From Eledone cirrhosa (taxonomy: Eukaryota): a stretch of 64,000 bases of DNA. Below, piece after piece: positions 26,688-39,600 of this stretch. The DNA lies in assembly GCA_964016885.1 (NCBI GenBank), contig OZ024741.1, positions 111,414,001 through 111,478,000 on the forward strand, in the 5' to 3' direction. Position 1 is the first letter of the stretch. Each line of letters begins with the position of its first letter. Position numbers and translations under genes: made by a program. A model generated the notes under the pieces. The model made no database searches and was not told the DNA's origin. It worked only from the letters and a program-made list of their open reading frames with translations.

Positions 26688-26690
<3 letters not shown>
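25728..26690 (-). mobile_element. Non-autonomous Helitron
   Basis: Minus-strand 3' end: hairpin tacccag-gcaacg-ctgggta, then ctgctg-CTAG|T. Internal ~165-bp duplication. The 5' end merges into (TA)n. Confidence 0.75.
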
Positions 26691-26781
<91 letters not shown>

Positions 26782-27447
26782 TCAGAGATAAACAATAGGT
26801 CATAAATACACGAGGTAGAATGGTTATTTGTTTTGTCTTGTACTGATTCAGCTTTGCATCTGAAAAGAGGATATTAGCCTGGAATACCATGCTAAAATAC
26901 ACTGGGTAAAACATGACTTTGTTTTGTTTTATTTAATTTGTCATCATTTACCTTTCGCTTTTTTCTACCGTATTGAACAGGATTTTAAAAAGAAATTATC
27001 GATCTTTTACTACACACACACACACATATATATATATCTTGATTATACATTTCGATATATGATAAATATGCCTATACTCTACCAATGTATAGAGGACTTT
27101 TTAAAACTGCAATTTCTCCTCGATTCAACTCGGGATTCTACCCCCCCCCCCCCCAAATATATATATATATACACATAACAGTTTTCCGACAGAGCTTTTC
27201 GCCGTATATCTATAGCATACATGTGGCTTTGTTTGTTGGGCCTCCCGGATTCGGCGACGAGTGTTTCAGTTCTTCGAACAATGGAACAGTTTGCTCGTCA
27301 AATTGACATGCAAAGGGCTGAGCATTCTACAAATACGAGTACCATCACAGAAGACGTTCTCAGGAAGATGCAACGTGTACACATTGTGCTAACCATCCAC
27401 TCCTTCTTTCGCACATATGTACTATACATGCACCCTTGATGAGTTGT

Positions 27448-27845
27448 TTGTTTCTACTTTTCGCACAAGGCCAGCAATTACCCAGTGCATTACTGGTACT
27501 TTATTTTATCGACCCCGTAAGGATGAAAGGCAAAGTTAACCTAGGCAGGTTTTAAAATCAGGACGTAAAGGGCCACAACTCAATGCTGCAAAGCATGGTG
27601 TCTGACGCTCTACCGATACTGCCAATCCACTGCCATATATATATATATATATATATTATGTATAATATTGGTGGATTGGCAGTATCGGACACCATGCCTT
27701 GCAGTATAGAGTTATGACCCATTACGTTCTGAGTTCAAATCCCGCCGAGGTTAGCTTAGCCTTTCATCCTTACGAGGTCGATAAAATAAAGTACCAGTAA
27801 TGCACTGGGGTAATTGCTGGCCTTGTGCCCAAAGTAGAAACAATT
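27448..27845. mobile_element. Head-to-head pair of tRNA-derived SINEs (27448-27635 -, 27669-27845 +)
   Basis: Same core as the 5748-6358 copies. Confidence 0.9.
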
Positions 27846-28257
27846 ACATTATATATAACTAAGGTTTTAGAGATGACATGGAACAGATTGCTGTCAAATA
27901 AAGTTAAGTGGGAAATGTTTATTGATTTAGACACATCGGTGGAATGCCTGGAGCAGGAGAGTAGAGGGTAAAACCAAAAACTTAAGATCACAGTTACGTC
28001 ATCCTTTTTCATAGTGGTTATGGTAAAATGAGGGAGATTCGGTTGCCTTTTCTGCCAGGTCAAGTGACTATCCACACAGAGGCATCCTCGTTGGCTTGTA
28101 TCAACAATGTTATGTTTATAGAGACATTTCCTTTACCAGCTTTAAACAAAAGGTCTGTTCTACACCATGGTGTCTATTGATACGCTCTATTCATGTCAAG
28201 ACCATCTGTATAGTCTGTATATTGTCTTTCACCCTCTCTCTCTCTCTATGAACTTAC

Positions 28258-28357
<100 letters not shown>

Positions 28358-28508
28358 TCTGCGAATCATGGAACAATAATGAGGTTTTCAGTCTGTAATG
28401 GATATTTTCCATACCACATTAAACCATCAACTAAATAAAAGAAGAATATATAACGTTCATTCACCACAATCTCAGTACAGCAGATATTCCAGTGTCGGAG
28501 ACTGTTTT

Positions 28509-28589
<81 letters not shown>

Positions 28590-28734
28590 CATATATGTAT
28601 ATATGTATGTATATATATATGCCTATATGTATATATGCACATATATACATATGCATATATGTATATACACATATATATGCAAATATATGTATACATATAT
28701 GTATATATGCATATATGTATATATATATGTCTAT

Positions 28735-28800
<66 letters not shown>

Positions 28801-29189
28801 TATAAACGTCCACACACACATACATATATATACGCATAGACATCCACACACACACACACATATATACATACACAAACACACACATGAATACATATACATT
28901 AAATATGTATATAAGACAATACATATACATAACAAGAAGAGACACTTGAAAATAAAATCAAACCACGTATTGGAATAAATATGTATATAATAAATATAAC
29001 ACAATACGCTCGATCTCCAGACATTTTGTGCCGTGTCTTGATTTTATTTTCTAGTTTCTCTTCATATTAAGTGTAGTTATATATCATTGTATACATTATT
29101 GCTCCAAGTCTGATTCCTTTCATTTTTATTCACTTCTCTCTTGCTAATCGTATGGACGGTTTAACTAGAAAACATATATATATATATAC

Positions 29190-29226
<37 letters not shown>

Positions 29227-29243
29227 TATATACATATATATAC

Positions 29244-29345
<102 letters not shown>

Positions 29346-29614
29346 ATTTATATGGATATATATGCATGTATATAAGTGTTGAATAATTACCTACATGACA
29401 TATGACATACTTCTAGCAATCTCTTAACCGCCATTTACTTTCAGACAAAGCAAAGAACATATACAGACTAAACGCAGGTAGATTTTGAGAAACAAAATTA
29501 CCCAAACATAAATAAGACAACAAAAATCCCAGCCTTCTTATGTACCTCGGGTGTTTCCTATATTTTGTAAGGCATCGTTTCGTACAAGCTGACAAACAAC
29601 ATTAGTCCTTTAAT

Positions 29615-29791
29615 CAAACCTGTCAACTCTCCCCGTCCGATGGTGATATCTCCCAAGAGATATTTTCTCTTGTGAAAATAGGTATAGCTTTCATTATGTA
29701 AAATCTCCCCATTTTGCCACATTTCACCCCATTTTGGAGCACTTTTTTTCATGGTACTCGCAGTTTGGGTCTTTAGAGGTTGGCAGGTCTG
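29615..29791 (-). mobile_element. MITE (177 bp) with TIRs
   Basis: TIRs caaacctgtcaac / gttggcaggtctg, flanked by the direct repeat ctttaat. Confidence 0.8.
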
Positions 29792-30140
29792 CTTTAATGT
29801 CCAAAATGCTAGAGTTACCCATTCTTGCCTAGATAACGCTTCCACTACTAATTTGCATATTATTAGGGTCATGCTGGCAGTTAAGATATATACTAAGTTA
29901 TATACTAAGTAGTTGAAATATATGATAAATTTGTATCTGAAAATATACGGTATATGTACAGTGTAATACGTTCATTATAAGTGTTAGTGTATAATTAGGA
30001 TTTTCCATTTAATGGAGAAGTCCGCACTTGCACCCTTGAGGGACCAAACGTAACTTGCCAGCTTCGTGGCTGTTCCTTTATCCGGATTGAGAGCTCTGCC
30101 AACTTTGGATATAACATTTTTTATTACAAAATTTACTACA

Positions 30141-30186
<46 letters not shown>

Positions 30187-30326
30187 TTCGTATCGTGAGA
30201 GAGTAGAGGTTTCAAGAGATAAGCGATACATATAGTTAATTGCCAAAAGCTGGTACATTTGTGCTCAATACTTATGCCTACAGGGTTAAATATCGGAAGC
30301 GTTAATATTTAGCGGGCGAGAATATA

Positions 30327-30499
30327 AGGGCTTCTCAAGGGCATACAAGTCTAGAGAGTGTTCAGTACAGGACCCAGAAGGTTGTTTTTTTTAGCGATAG
30401 TCACATCACAGAATGAACTTTGATGTGACTATCGCTAAAAAACCCCTTCTGGGTCCTGTACTGAACACTCTCTAGACTTGTATGCCCTTGAGAAGCCCT
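30327..30499. repeat. Fold-back palindrome (~82-bp arms)
   Basis: The arms are reverse complementary around ~30410-30420. Confidence 0.9.
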
Positions 30500-30524
30500 G
30501 TTCGAGCGAAACGTACGTAGGTGC
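30484..30524 (+). ncRNA. Variant minimal hammerhead motif (TTGAGAA core)
   Basis: gccc-TTGAGAA-gc..gc-GAAA-cgtacg-TA-ggtgc, with palindromic stem III. Confidence 0.55.
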
Positions 30525-30569
30525 TTTTGTATAAACATGTTCTAACAGTATGTATTCTCCTTTGTAATC

Positions 30570-30625
<56 letters not shown>

Positions 30626-30627
<2 letters not shown>

Positions 30628-32640
30628 TATAAATAAAATAACAGGAGGCTGGACTGGTGTAAATCCTTGAAAAGTTTATTATACTATGATCATTTCAATG
30701 ACCGGGTTCCGTATGAATCCGGTGATATCATCAGGTATTCGAAATATAACAAAGGAATATATAAAATCCATGGGTCCGAAAAACAGAGACAGAGAGGACG
30801 ACTGACCAACTAGCTGCTTTCACCTCGGTCAGTCGCCCTCAAGTGATAGCAACTCGGTCTACTAATGACCATCTGGTGAGGGGGCGAAGGCTTATAATCT
30901 ACTACCACCTCACCGTCAGAGAATAAGAAAAAGAGAAGAAAGAAAGAAAGAAAGAAAGAAAGAAGAAAGAAAGAAGAAAGAAAGGAGAAAGAAAGAAGAA
31001 AGAAAGAAGAAAAGTCAGCGTAAGGGTCACACTACAGTCATGCTAGAAGACCCGCGAAAAATCTTATTCCAAAGAACCCATATTTTAACAAAGGCATATA
31101 TATGGGTGTCTGTATGGTCTAATGTGTGAACAGAAAATTGGAACGTTAACTTATGTTAAGAGTTATAGGATGAAATTAAATTATTAGAAAATTAATAGAA
31201 GATTAAAGGTTTGTGTTGCGAGATTTATTTAATGAAATTACAGAGAGAGTCTTATATGAAAAAGTTTAAGTATATTATAGGGAATCTCGATAAGTTATCA
31301 AGGTGGGGGTATAGAGTAAAGATAAAAGCCTTCGATCGTAAAACCCAGCCAGCACCTCCTAACCACGTGTCAGCCAGTTTCGAGTGGTATCGTCTAGCGA
31401 AATAAATGGAAATTAATTTTTCCGAGTACTCTAGGAACGTAGCTGTGATAGGCTCCGGGTGTGTTAGCGGGAAGTCAACCAGTTTCTACAGGCCATCGTC
31501 TATACCAAACGAATACTATTAATTCACACAGGAGGGGTTTATTTACGTGTCAGCAGAGGGAGGCATGATACAGCTAACAGTTATGCCTAAGCCTAGAGTT
31601 TATAGGTATGAGTATAATGTGGCGGTCAAAACAGGCGGTGCGGCGGGCCCCGGGGCAAATCAAGCCGCTCTGAGTAGTTTCGTTTACTGAAAGAGGGGAA
31701 ATTTATTTTTCCAAGCACTCAAGGAAAGCTGAACTTTCCGAGCGCCCGGCGCACAGCCGGGAAATCCACCACATCAGTCGAAGGTGGTAAAACCCAATGA
31801 AAAGTGCCAATAGACTATAATTACTTTTAAGTCCCAGTTAGTCCGGGTTATAAGTAGTGTGGTTCTTTGGTGGGTAGGGGGCTATGAAAGGTGCATAATG
31901 ACCTGAGTAAGGAATAATAAGCAGAAAATCACAAATAAATAAAAGCAGGATACAAAAATAAAAAATTAATAATAAATAATAATAATTAATAATAATTAAT
32001 AATAAATAATAATAATAATTAATAATAAATAATAAAAAAATTAATAATAAATAAATAAAAAAATGTTTTCGCTAAACGAAACTACTCGGAGCGGATCGAT
32101 TTGCCCCGGGGCCCGCCGCACCGCGGCGTCTTCTCGCATGACTATAGTGTGACCCTTACGCTGACTTTTCTTATTTCTTTCTTTCTTTCTTCTTTTTTTT
32201 TATTCTCTGAGGGTGAGGTGGTAGTAGATTATAAGCCTTCGCCCCCTCACCAGATGGTCATTAGTAGACCGAGTTGCCATCACTTGAGGGCGACTGACCG
32301 AGGTGAAAGCAGCTAGTTGGTCAGTCGTCCTTTCTGTCTCTGTTTTTCGGACCCATGGATTTTATATATTCCTTTGTTATATTTCGAATACCTGATGATA
32401 TCACCGGATTCATACGGAACCCGGTCATTGAAATGATCATAGTATAATAAACTTTTCAAGGATTTACACCAGTCCAGCCTCCTGTTATTTTATTTATAAT
32501 AATTAACTCCGTATTAGCACCACCAACTACACAAACGAAGACGGGCGAACTGCACTACGTTGAGTACTCCTCATAATATTACATCAAGATTGACCATACG
32601 GAATGACCAATTCTATCCGGTGGTGAACCAACAAACCTAA
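30626..32640 (-). mobile_element. Family A Penelope-like element with ~400-bp inverted pLTRs
   Basis: 30626-31056 is the reverse complement of 32124-32500. Tail at 32500-32640. Body modules are shared with 13570-13710. Confidence 0.8.
32388..32445 (+). ncRNA. Hammerhead motif (family A; inverted twin at 30681-30738)
   Basis: atac-CTGATGA-t..accgg..ccggt..t-GAAA-tgatca-TA-gtat. Confidence 0.7.
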
Positions 32641-33345
32641 ATAAATAAATATATATATATATATTTAAATGGATTATGCCAATCATGGATCACTACCTTC
32701 AAATGTTGTCTATTATTTCAACCCATCTACTTAGTTTAGTACTCTTTTTATTGATCTCACTTCATAGGATGGATAAATCTACCACGAGGTACATCCCTTT
32801 TAGAAAGTTAACTCAGCTCAAGAACTTTAAACTGATTTAATGCGAATTACATTGGCATACACAAACACAGACACGACACAAATACTCACTCAAACATACG
32901 CACACACATATACACATGTAGATATTTATATATACGATGGGCTTTCACACAGCTTTTGCCCACCAAATTTTACTAACAAGGTTTTGGTAAAACCGAGATT
33001 GTAATAGAAAGCCCATGTCGAAAGTACTGTGCTGTGGAATCGAACTGGGAACCGCAGTGCTGCTATGATAACTTCCTAACTACTAAGCAATGCCTGTTAT
33101 CGATAGAGATAGTTACTCCTTAACTGCTTTCTACATTTTCTTTAGATTAGTAACATTCCAAATGCTAATCAAGTACCTTGGGTGACCCCAACTAGCAATT
33201 AGATTTGCTGAACTGTTTTGAACCGGTCAAGGACTTCATTTTATAGATATTCTCACAGTTAAATACATCTGCAGATCAGTACATTTATGTTGTACAATAT
33301 TATATTATATTATATTATATTATATTATATTATATTATATTATTC

Positions 33346-33583
33346 ATATGAAGAATGGTGTGCTCATGCGCGAGATGTTATAAATAGCTTATAAAATAGG
33401 GCGAAGACCCATAAAGACGGCAAACAAAGTTGCCATCGGCTGCTATGAAGAAACGAACTCCATATCTTCCAGATAGTGAATAGAAAATATGAGATTCGAT
33501 TCCTCATAGCGGTCGATGGCAACTTCAACCAATTTTATAAGCTATTTTGTAGCGTCTTACGCATGAGCACACCGTTCTTTATA
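33346..33583. mobile_element. MITE/fold-back element with nested inverted repeats
   Basis: Outer arms atatgaagaatggtgtgctcatgcg.. / ..cgcatgagcacaccgttctttatat. Inner arms aagttgccatcg.. / ..cgatggcaactt. Confidence 0.7.
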
Positions 33584-33667
33584 TTAACTTTATCTCCCCA
33601 GCTATTTTCAAAAGTTCGAGAGATCGACTACGTATACGCGATATTTATTGATATTATATTATATATT

Positions 33668-33853
33668 GGTGGATTGGTAGTATCGGTAGAGGGTCGGACG
33701 CCATGCTTTGAAGCATAGAGTTACCTCCCTTTACGATCTGAGTTCAAATCCCGCCGAGGTTAACTTTGCCTTTCATCCTACGTGGTCAATAAAATAAAGT
33801 ACCAGTAATGTACTGGAGTAATTGCTGGCCTTGTGCCAAAAGTAGAAACAATT
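33668..33853 (+). mobile_element. tRNA-derived SINE (older copy at 34838-34995)
   Basis: Same family as 16921-17106. Confidence 0.9.
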
Positions 33854-34442
33854 ATATGATATTATATTATACTATCGACAGTCGATGGACTTTCGTCAAA
33901 TCGGACCGAGGAAACAATGTTTCCATTAGTCTTTCGAATTGCTGATACTATCTATCGGTTGCAACTCCAGGTAGGAGCAACGTGAAATAAAGTGTCTTGG
34001 TCAAGGACATAACGCATCGTCCGATCCGGGAATCGATCTCACAACCTCACAACTGCGAATCCAATTCTCTAACCACTCAGCCACGTTCCATATATTATAT
34101 AATATTTTGTATTGTTGTGGAGTGGTCTCACCGCCTATATCGAAAGGTAGTCACGAATAGATTTGGTGTAAAAGGGGCCGAAATAGCTACAGAATTATGT
34201 CACCTCATAATGAAATATTGATTTTTGCATTCGGAAATGGAACACCACAGTTACAAAGGCATATAGGGGTTGACTCAAAGTATTATATTATTATATTATA
34301 CTAGATCACGTTCGCTTAAAAATATTAAAAAAAAAATCATGATCACATATAAATAATTTTTAAATAATTAAAATATACATAGGCAAGTATATAATGTAAA
34401 ATGAAATTGGAAGGCCCATATATATATATGTGTGTGTGTGTT

Positions 34443-34506
<64 letters not shown>

Positions 34507-35604
34507 CGTGTGTGTGCGTGCGTGCGCGCGCGCGTGTGTGTATGCGTGTGTGTGTGTGTACATATTCTCTCTATGTCTCCCTTTCAATCTACACTCTCAC
34601 AACCACTATCTCTTTCTCTCTCTCTATCTCTCTCTCTCTTTTTATGAAGGTACCCGGAAAACCCCCGTATCTCAGAAACCCGTGCTCCGATTTACGCGAA
34701 ACTTGTTTTATTCCATTTGTATTCCCATTTCAGGGTCAACTTCCTTTCAAAGTATTTTCCCATTATGCGCCGTTTTGGCTGTATTAAATTATAGACAAGC
34801 ATACAATCACAGAGTTTTAGTAGTATCTAGATTACATAAAAGCGGCGAATTGGCAGAATTGTTAGAACGTCGTACAGAATGCTTTGCGGTATTCATTTCG
34901 ACTCTGCTTTTAGTTTAAATCCCGCCGAGATCAACTTTGCTCTTCATCCATTCCAGGTCGATGAAAAAAGTACCAGTCAAGTACTGGGTCGATTTTTCTT
35001 CTATATCTCTTTCTTACTTTCTTTCTCTCACTCTCTATCCTTCTCTTGAAGAAATCTGCCATTTACGGCTACAGTCGAAAGGCAATGTTGCCTCAGGACC
35101 CGAGGAAAGTGGATACTTGGAACGAAAGATCTGTTGACGAAGGGAAATCCCCGTTCCACCTTGGAATACATTACTGACTTGCATATACATTACGCAACTT
35201 GGAGTGTAACTCCGGATTTTCCCAGAAACCCATCGAAGATATTTTTTGATTAATATCTATCGATCAGGTCCAGGTTCATCTTTAACCTGTCTCTATTTTT
35301 CGTTGTTGTAGTATTAATGTGGCAATATGCCTCTGGTCGCATTTTTCATTGTGTCACTAATACCTAACTTACTATGTTCACTCTATGGAGTAATTTCTTA
35401 ACTACTCTCCCATCGAGTGCTTTGTGGCAGCCTTCGAAAATCGGATGCGAATCGGCTACTTGCAGCTGGAACTTCGGGGCTAAATTCCAATTTGAACTTT
35501 GCATTTAGCAAATACGCCCACAAAAAAAAAAAAAAAAATGGCGTCATTAAAAAAAATCTGTTTCTCTAGCATGTCTCCACACAAAAATTACTCCTTCAGC
35601 AAGG

Positions 35605-35807
35605 TATTCTATTATATATATTTCAAGGGTACCAAAACTTTGGTACGCACTCATCAAATAAAATACAAAGTTTGTTTTATAAATATTGACATATCCAGGA
35701 ACGAGACCTTCACGGTTCAAGTTTTACCTGGTAAAAACAAACTTTGTATTTTATCTGATGAGTGCGTACCAAAGTTTTGGTACCCTTGAAATATATAGAA
35801 TAGAATA
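35605..35807. repeat. Fold-back inverted repeat (~74-bp arms), each arm being a hammerhead motif
   Basis: 35605-35678 versus 35734-35807. Confidence 0.88.
35747..35807 (+). ncRNA. Minimal hammerhead motif
   Basis: tattttat-CTGATGA-gtgcgtaccaaagttttggtaccctt-GAAA-tatata-(G/T)A-atagaata, with an 8-bp stem I. Confidence 0.65.
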
Positions 35808-35924
35808 AATATGGTTTTATAAATATAGTCTCCATTTATTAACTCCAGAAAACTTGTCGAGTGCTTCGAATCAGTTATAAATATATATATTTGTTGAATT
35901 ATCAACAAATTAAATATCCCTTTG

Positions 35925-35982
<58 letters not shown>

Positions 35983-36685
35983 AAACCCTCCCATACCCAC
36001 TAACGGGTGTTTTAATTTGGCAATCATTTCTTGCATTTCGTTAACAACTCTTCTGCTTCACTTCTAATTTGCCTGTATTTGTATTCTCCAAATTCCATGC
36101 CAAGCTGGCAGACTTCATGGTTCATGTAAAAATTTACCAGCATCTTAATAAAAACATCTATTAATTTTTAATTAGCCATTTCAGTCAACTGTATGATTGA
36201 TAACTATAAGCAATATCAGAAGAGTCTATGAATTTCGTATACGCTATATATATGTATGTGGTTAGAGCGTCGGGCTTACAATCCTGAGGTTGTGAGTTCG
36301 ATTCTCGGACCGGGCTTTGCGTTGTGTTCTTGAGTAAGAGACTTTATTTTTACGTTGCTCCAGTTCACTCAGCTGTAGAAATGAGTTGCGACATCACTGG
36401 TGACAAGCTGTATATGCCATTGCCTTTCCCTTGGACAATATCAGTGGCATGGAGAGAGGAGGTTGGTATACATGGGCGAATGCTGGTCTTCCACAAACAA
36501 CCTTGCCCGGACTTGTGCCTCGGAGGGGAACTTTCTAGGTGCAAATCTCATGGTCATTCGAGACCTAAGGAGATCTTTACCCTTGTTTGTTTGTTTGTTT
36601 GTTTGTTTGTTTGTATGTATGTATGTATGTATGTATGTATGTATGTATGTATGTATGTATGTATGTATGTATGTATGTATGTATG

Positions 36686-39600
36686 TCAGGTCACCAGTTG
36701 GTGCTACTGGTAACATGTATCCCAGTACAACCTGTCTCATGGTCGGGTCGTTGGCGACTAAACTGGCAACCCCACCAAGGTTTCTTGGTGAGGAGGGTGA
36801 CTTTGGACATCCTGCAGGACTAAAAACAAAACCTGTCAAAAGGCAAAGGAGCTCTTAAGAGTCAATGGCCATCCACAATCACATGGGGGAGATGACCCCT
36901 TAGCCTTTGTCAAGGCAGAATTCTAGGAGAAGGAAAACTTTGATATAACACCTGCAACTCTGATGGTATCCAATGATGTTGACTTGTTCTTCTTTTTGGT
37001 AAATATCATCTTGGTTAAGAGAGTGGGACTGGCTTTGTGCAGTGCCTTTGCTCACTATAACAGCTTCACGGCACAGGCATTGCTTTATATCTGTAGATCT
37101 CTCTGCACTTGTCATCTTGATGTGGAACTCTGGCTGGCCGTAGCCTAAAAAGGCAAACTACATTACAATGAAGGTACCTAACACAATTGAAGTAAATGGA
37201 AATAAGGGCTCTGGATCAGCATCATGTGAAAGGGTCTGGCCCGGCAGGTGTCCCAGGGCGCCGCAGTCTGGGCCCGGTCGTCATCAGTCTACTGTGTGCA
37301 AACCACTCAATTTTGGGTGCTGGAATGTGCGTACTTTGCTTGATATTGAAACAAATGTACAGCGACCTGAAAGAAGATCGGCATTGGTTGCCAAGGAGCT
37401 CAGGCGTTATGATATGGATGTTGTGGCCCTCTCAGAAACTCGACTTCATGGTGAGGGCCATTTCACAGAGAAATCCGGTGGATATACGTTTTTCTGGAGG
37501 GGAAGGAAGGAGGGGAAGAGGGAAGCTGGTGTCACTTTTGCCATAAAAACAGTTATAACAGACCATCTTCAGGAGCTGCCGACAGGCGTTAGTGACAGAC
37601 TGATCACTGTGAGAGTTCGTCTAGAGGGTGGAAGATATGCAACCGTGATTGGTGCTTATGCACCAACTATGGAATGCATTGATGAAGCAAAGCAGGCTTT
37701 TTATAACGAATTAAGGTCTCTTGTCTGGAAAGTGCCTGCAGCAGACACAATTTTCATTATTGGAGATTTTAATGCTCGCGTGGGCCGTGATTGTGAAACC
37801 TGGAGAGCTCTGGGCAAGCATGGGGTCGGAAAGTGCAATGGCAATGGACTCTTGTTATTGCAAATGTGCACTGTGCTGGACTTGTTCATTGGCAGCTCTA
37901 TGTTCCAACAGAAGGACAAATACAAGACAACATGGATGCATCCTGGATCGAAACAGTGGCACCTGATTGATTATGTCCTTGTGAGGCGGCGGGATGTACA
38001 GGATCTGCGCAGTGTTCGTGTGATGCGTGGGGCAGAGTGTTGGACAAACCATCGTCTGGTGAGAGCAGGAGCAAGATGTGTAGTTCGTAAAAGGGAGAAA
38101 CGGCGAGGGGTATCACTTCCGAAACAGCTGAACGTTGCCCGTCTGAAGGATCCTGAAGTCAGAGAAAATCTGGTTAAAAAGATGGATGCGTTGGAGTGCG
38201 GAAATGACTGGACTTCCTTTAAGGAGGCAGTTTATAGGGCATGTACTGATGTTGGATTCACGGATAAGAAGCATCAGGATTGGTTTGACCAAAATGACAA
38301 GCTTATAGACAAGCTTTTGGAGGAGAAACATATGCTCCACTCCGCATTGCTTGGTAGTGATTTAAGCACCGATTGGCAGAAGGCAATCGCTGATAAGCTG
38401 AAGCTCGTAAAAGCTGATGTGCAACGAAAATTGCGTGAAATGAAGCATAAGTGGTGGAATGACAAAGCCGATGAAATACAACTTGCGTCGGATGTGAAGG
38501 ACGTTAAGGCTATGTATAATCTTCTTCGTGAAGTGTATGGACCACCTATATCACCAGTTGCGCCTCTTAGGACAAAGGATGGCAATCAGCTCCTTAGAGA
38601 TCCCAATGATATCATGTTGAGATGGCGGGAACACTTTGACGAGCTTCTCAATAGGGATTCAGAGGTTGACGAAGAGTTTATCAGGTCCATACCTGATAAG
38701 CCAGTAAAGGAAATCCTTGCTGAGCCTCCAACGATCGAGGAGGTTAAAAGTGCTGTCAGGAAACTCAATGGTGGAAGTCGCCTGGATTGGATGGGCTGTA
38801 TGCTGAGATCTTGAAGCACGGTGGAGAGAATCTCTTGCACCGACTTCATGCTTTGGTTCTGGATGCCTGGAACAACAATCATGTTCCCGATGACTGGAAA
38901 GATGCTGTGATGGTTGTTTTGTACAAGGGAAAGGGAGACAGGGATGACTGTGGAAACTATCGTGGGATATCACTGTTGTCTGTTGTCGGCAAAGTTCTCT
39001 GTAGAATTCTGTTGGACCGTCTATTGCTCCACATTGCTGATGAAGCTCTACCAGAGTCGCAATTGGGCTTTCGGGCTGGGCGTTGCACTGTGGACATGAT
39101 CTTTACAGCCAGACAACTGCAGGAAAAGTGTGTTGAGCAGAATGTGGATCTCTACCAGGTGTTTGTTGATCTTACAAAGGTGTTTGACTCGGTCAACAGA
39201 AAGGCTTTATGGATATCTTGAGGAATCTGGGGTGCCCTGAGAAGTTTGTTTTCATTTTGCGTTTGTTTCATGATGGCATGAAGGGATGGGTAAATGTTGG
39301 TGGAAAGCTCTCTGAGCCGGTGACAGTCGAGAATGGAGTCAAACAGGGTGACATTCCAGCTCCAACGCTCTTTGCTTTTTACTTCTCCATTGTCTTCGAA
39401 CAGGCCTTCGGGAAATGCAATGATGGTATATATGTTCGCTATCGATCAACTGGGAAGCTGTTTAATATCAGGAGGTTCAATGCTAAGTCAAAGGTTCACT
39501 TGTCATTGATCAGCTATTTGCTTTATGACCTGGTAGCGCACACGGATTGATATGCAGCATCTCATGGATGCATTTTCTAATGCGTGTACTGCATGGACTT

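Noticed and set aside
36259-36320. tRNA gene
   Set aside because: The A/B-box head continues into a SINE body and there is no full cloverleaf.
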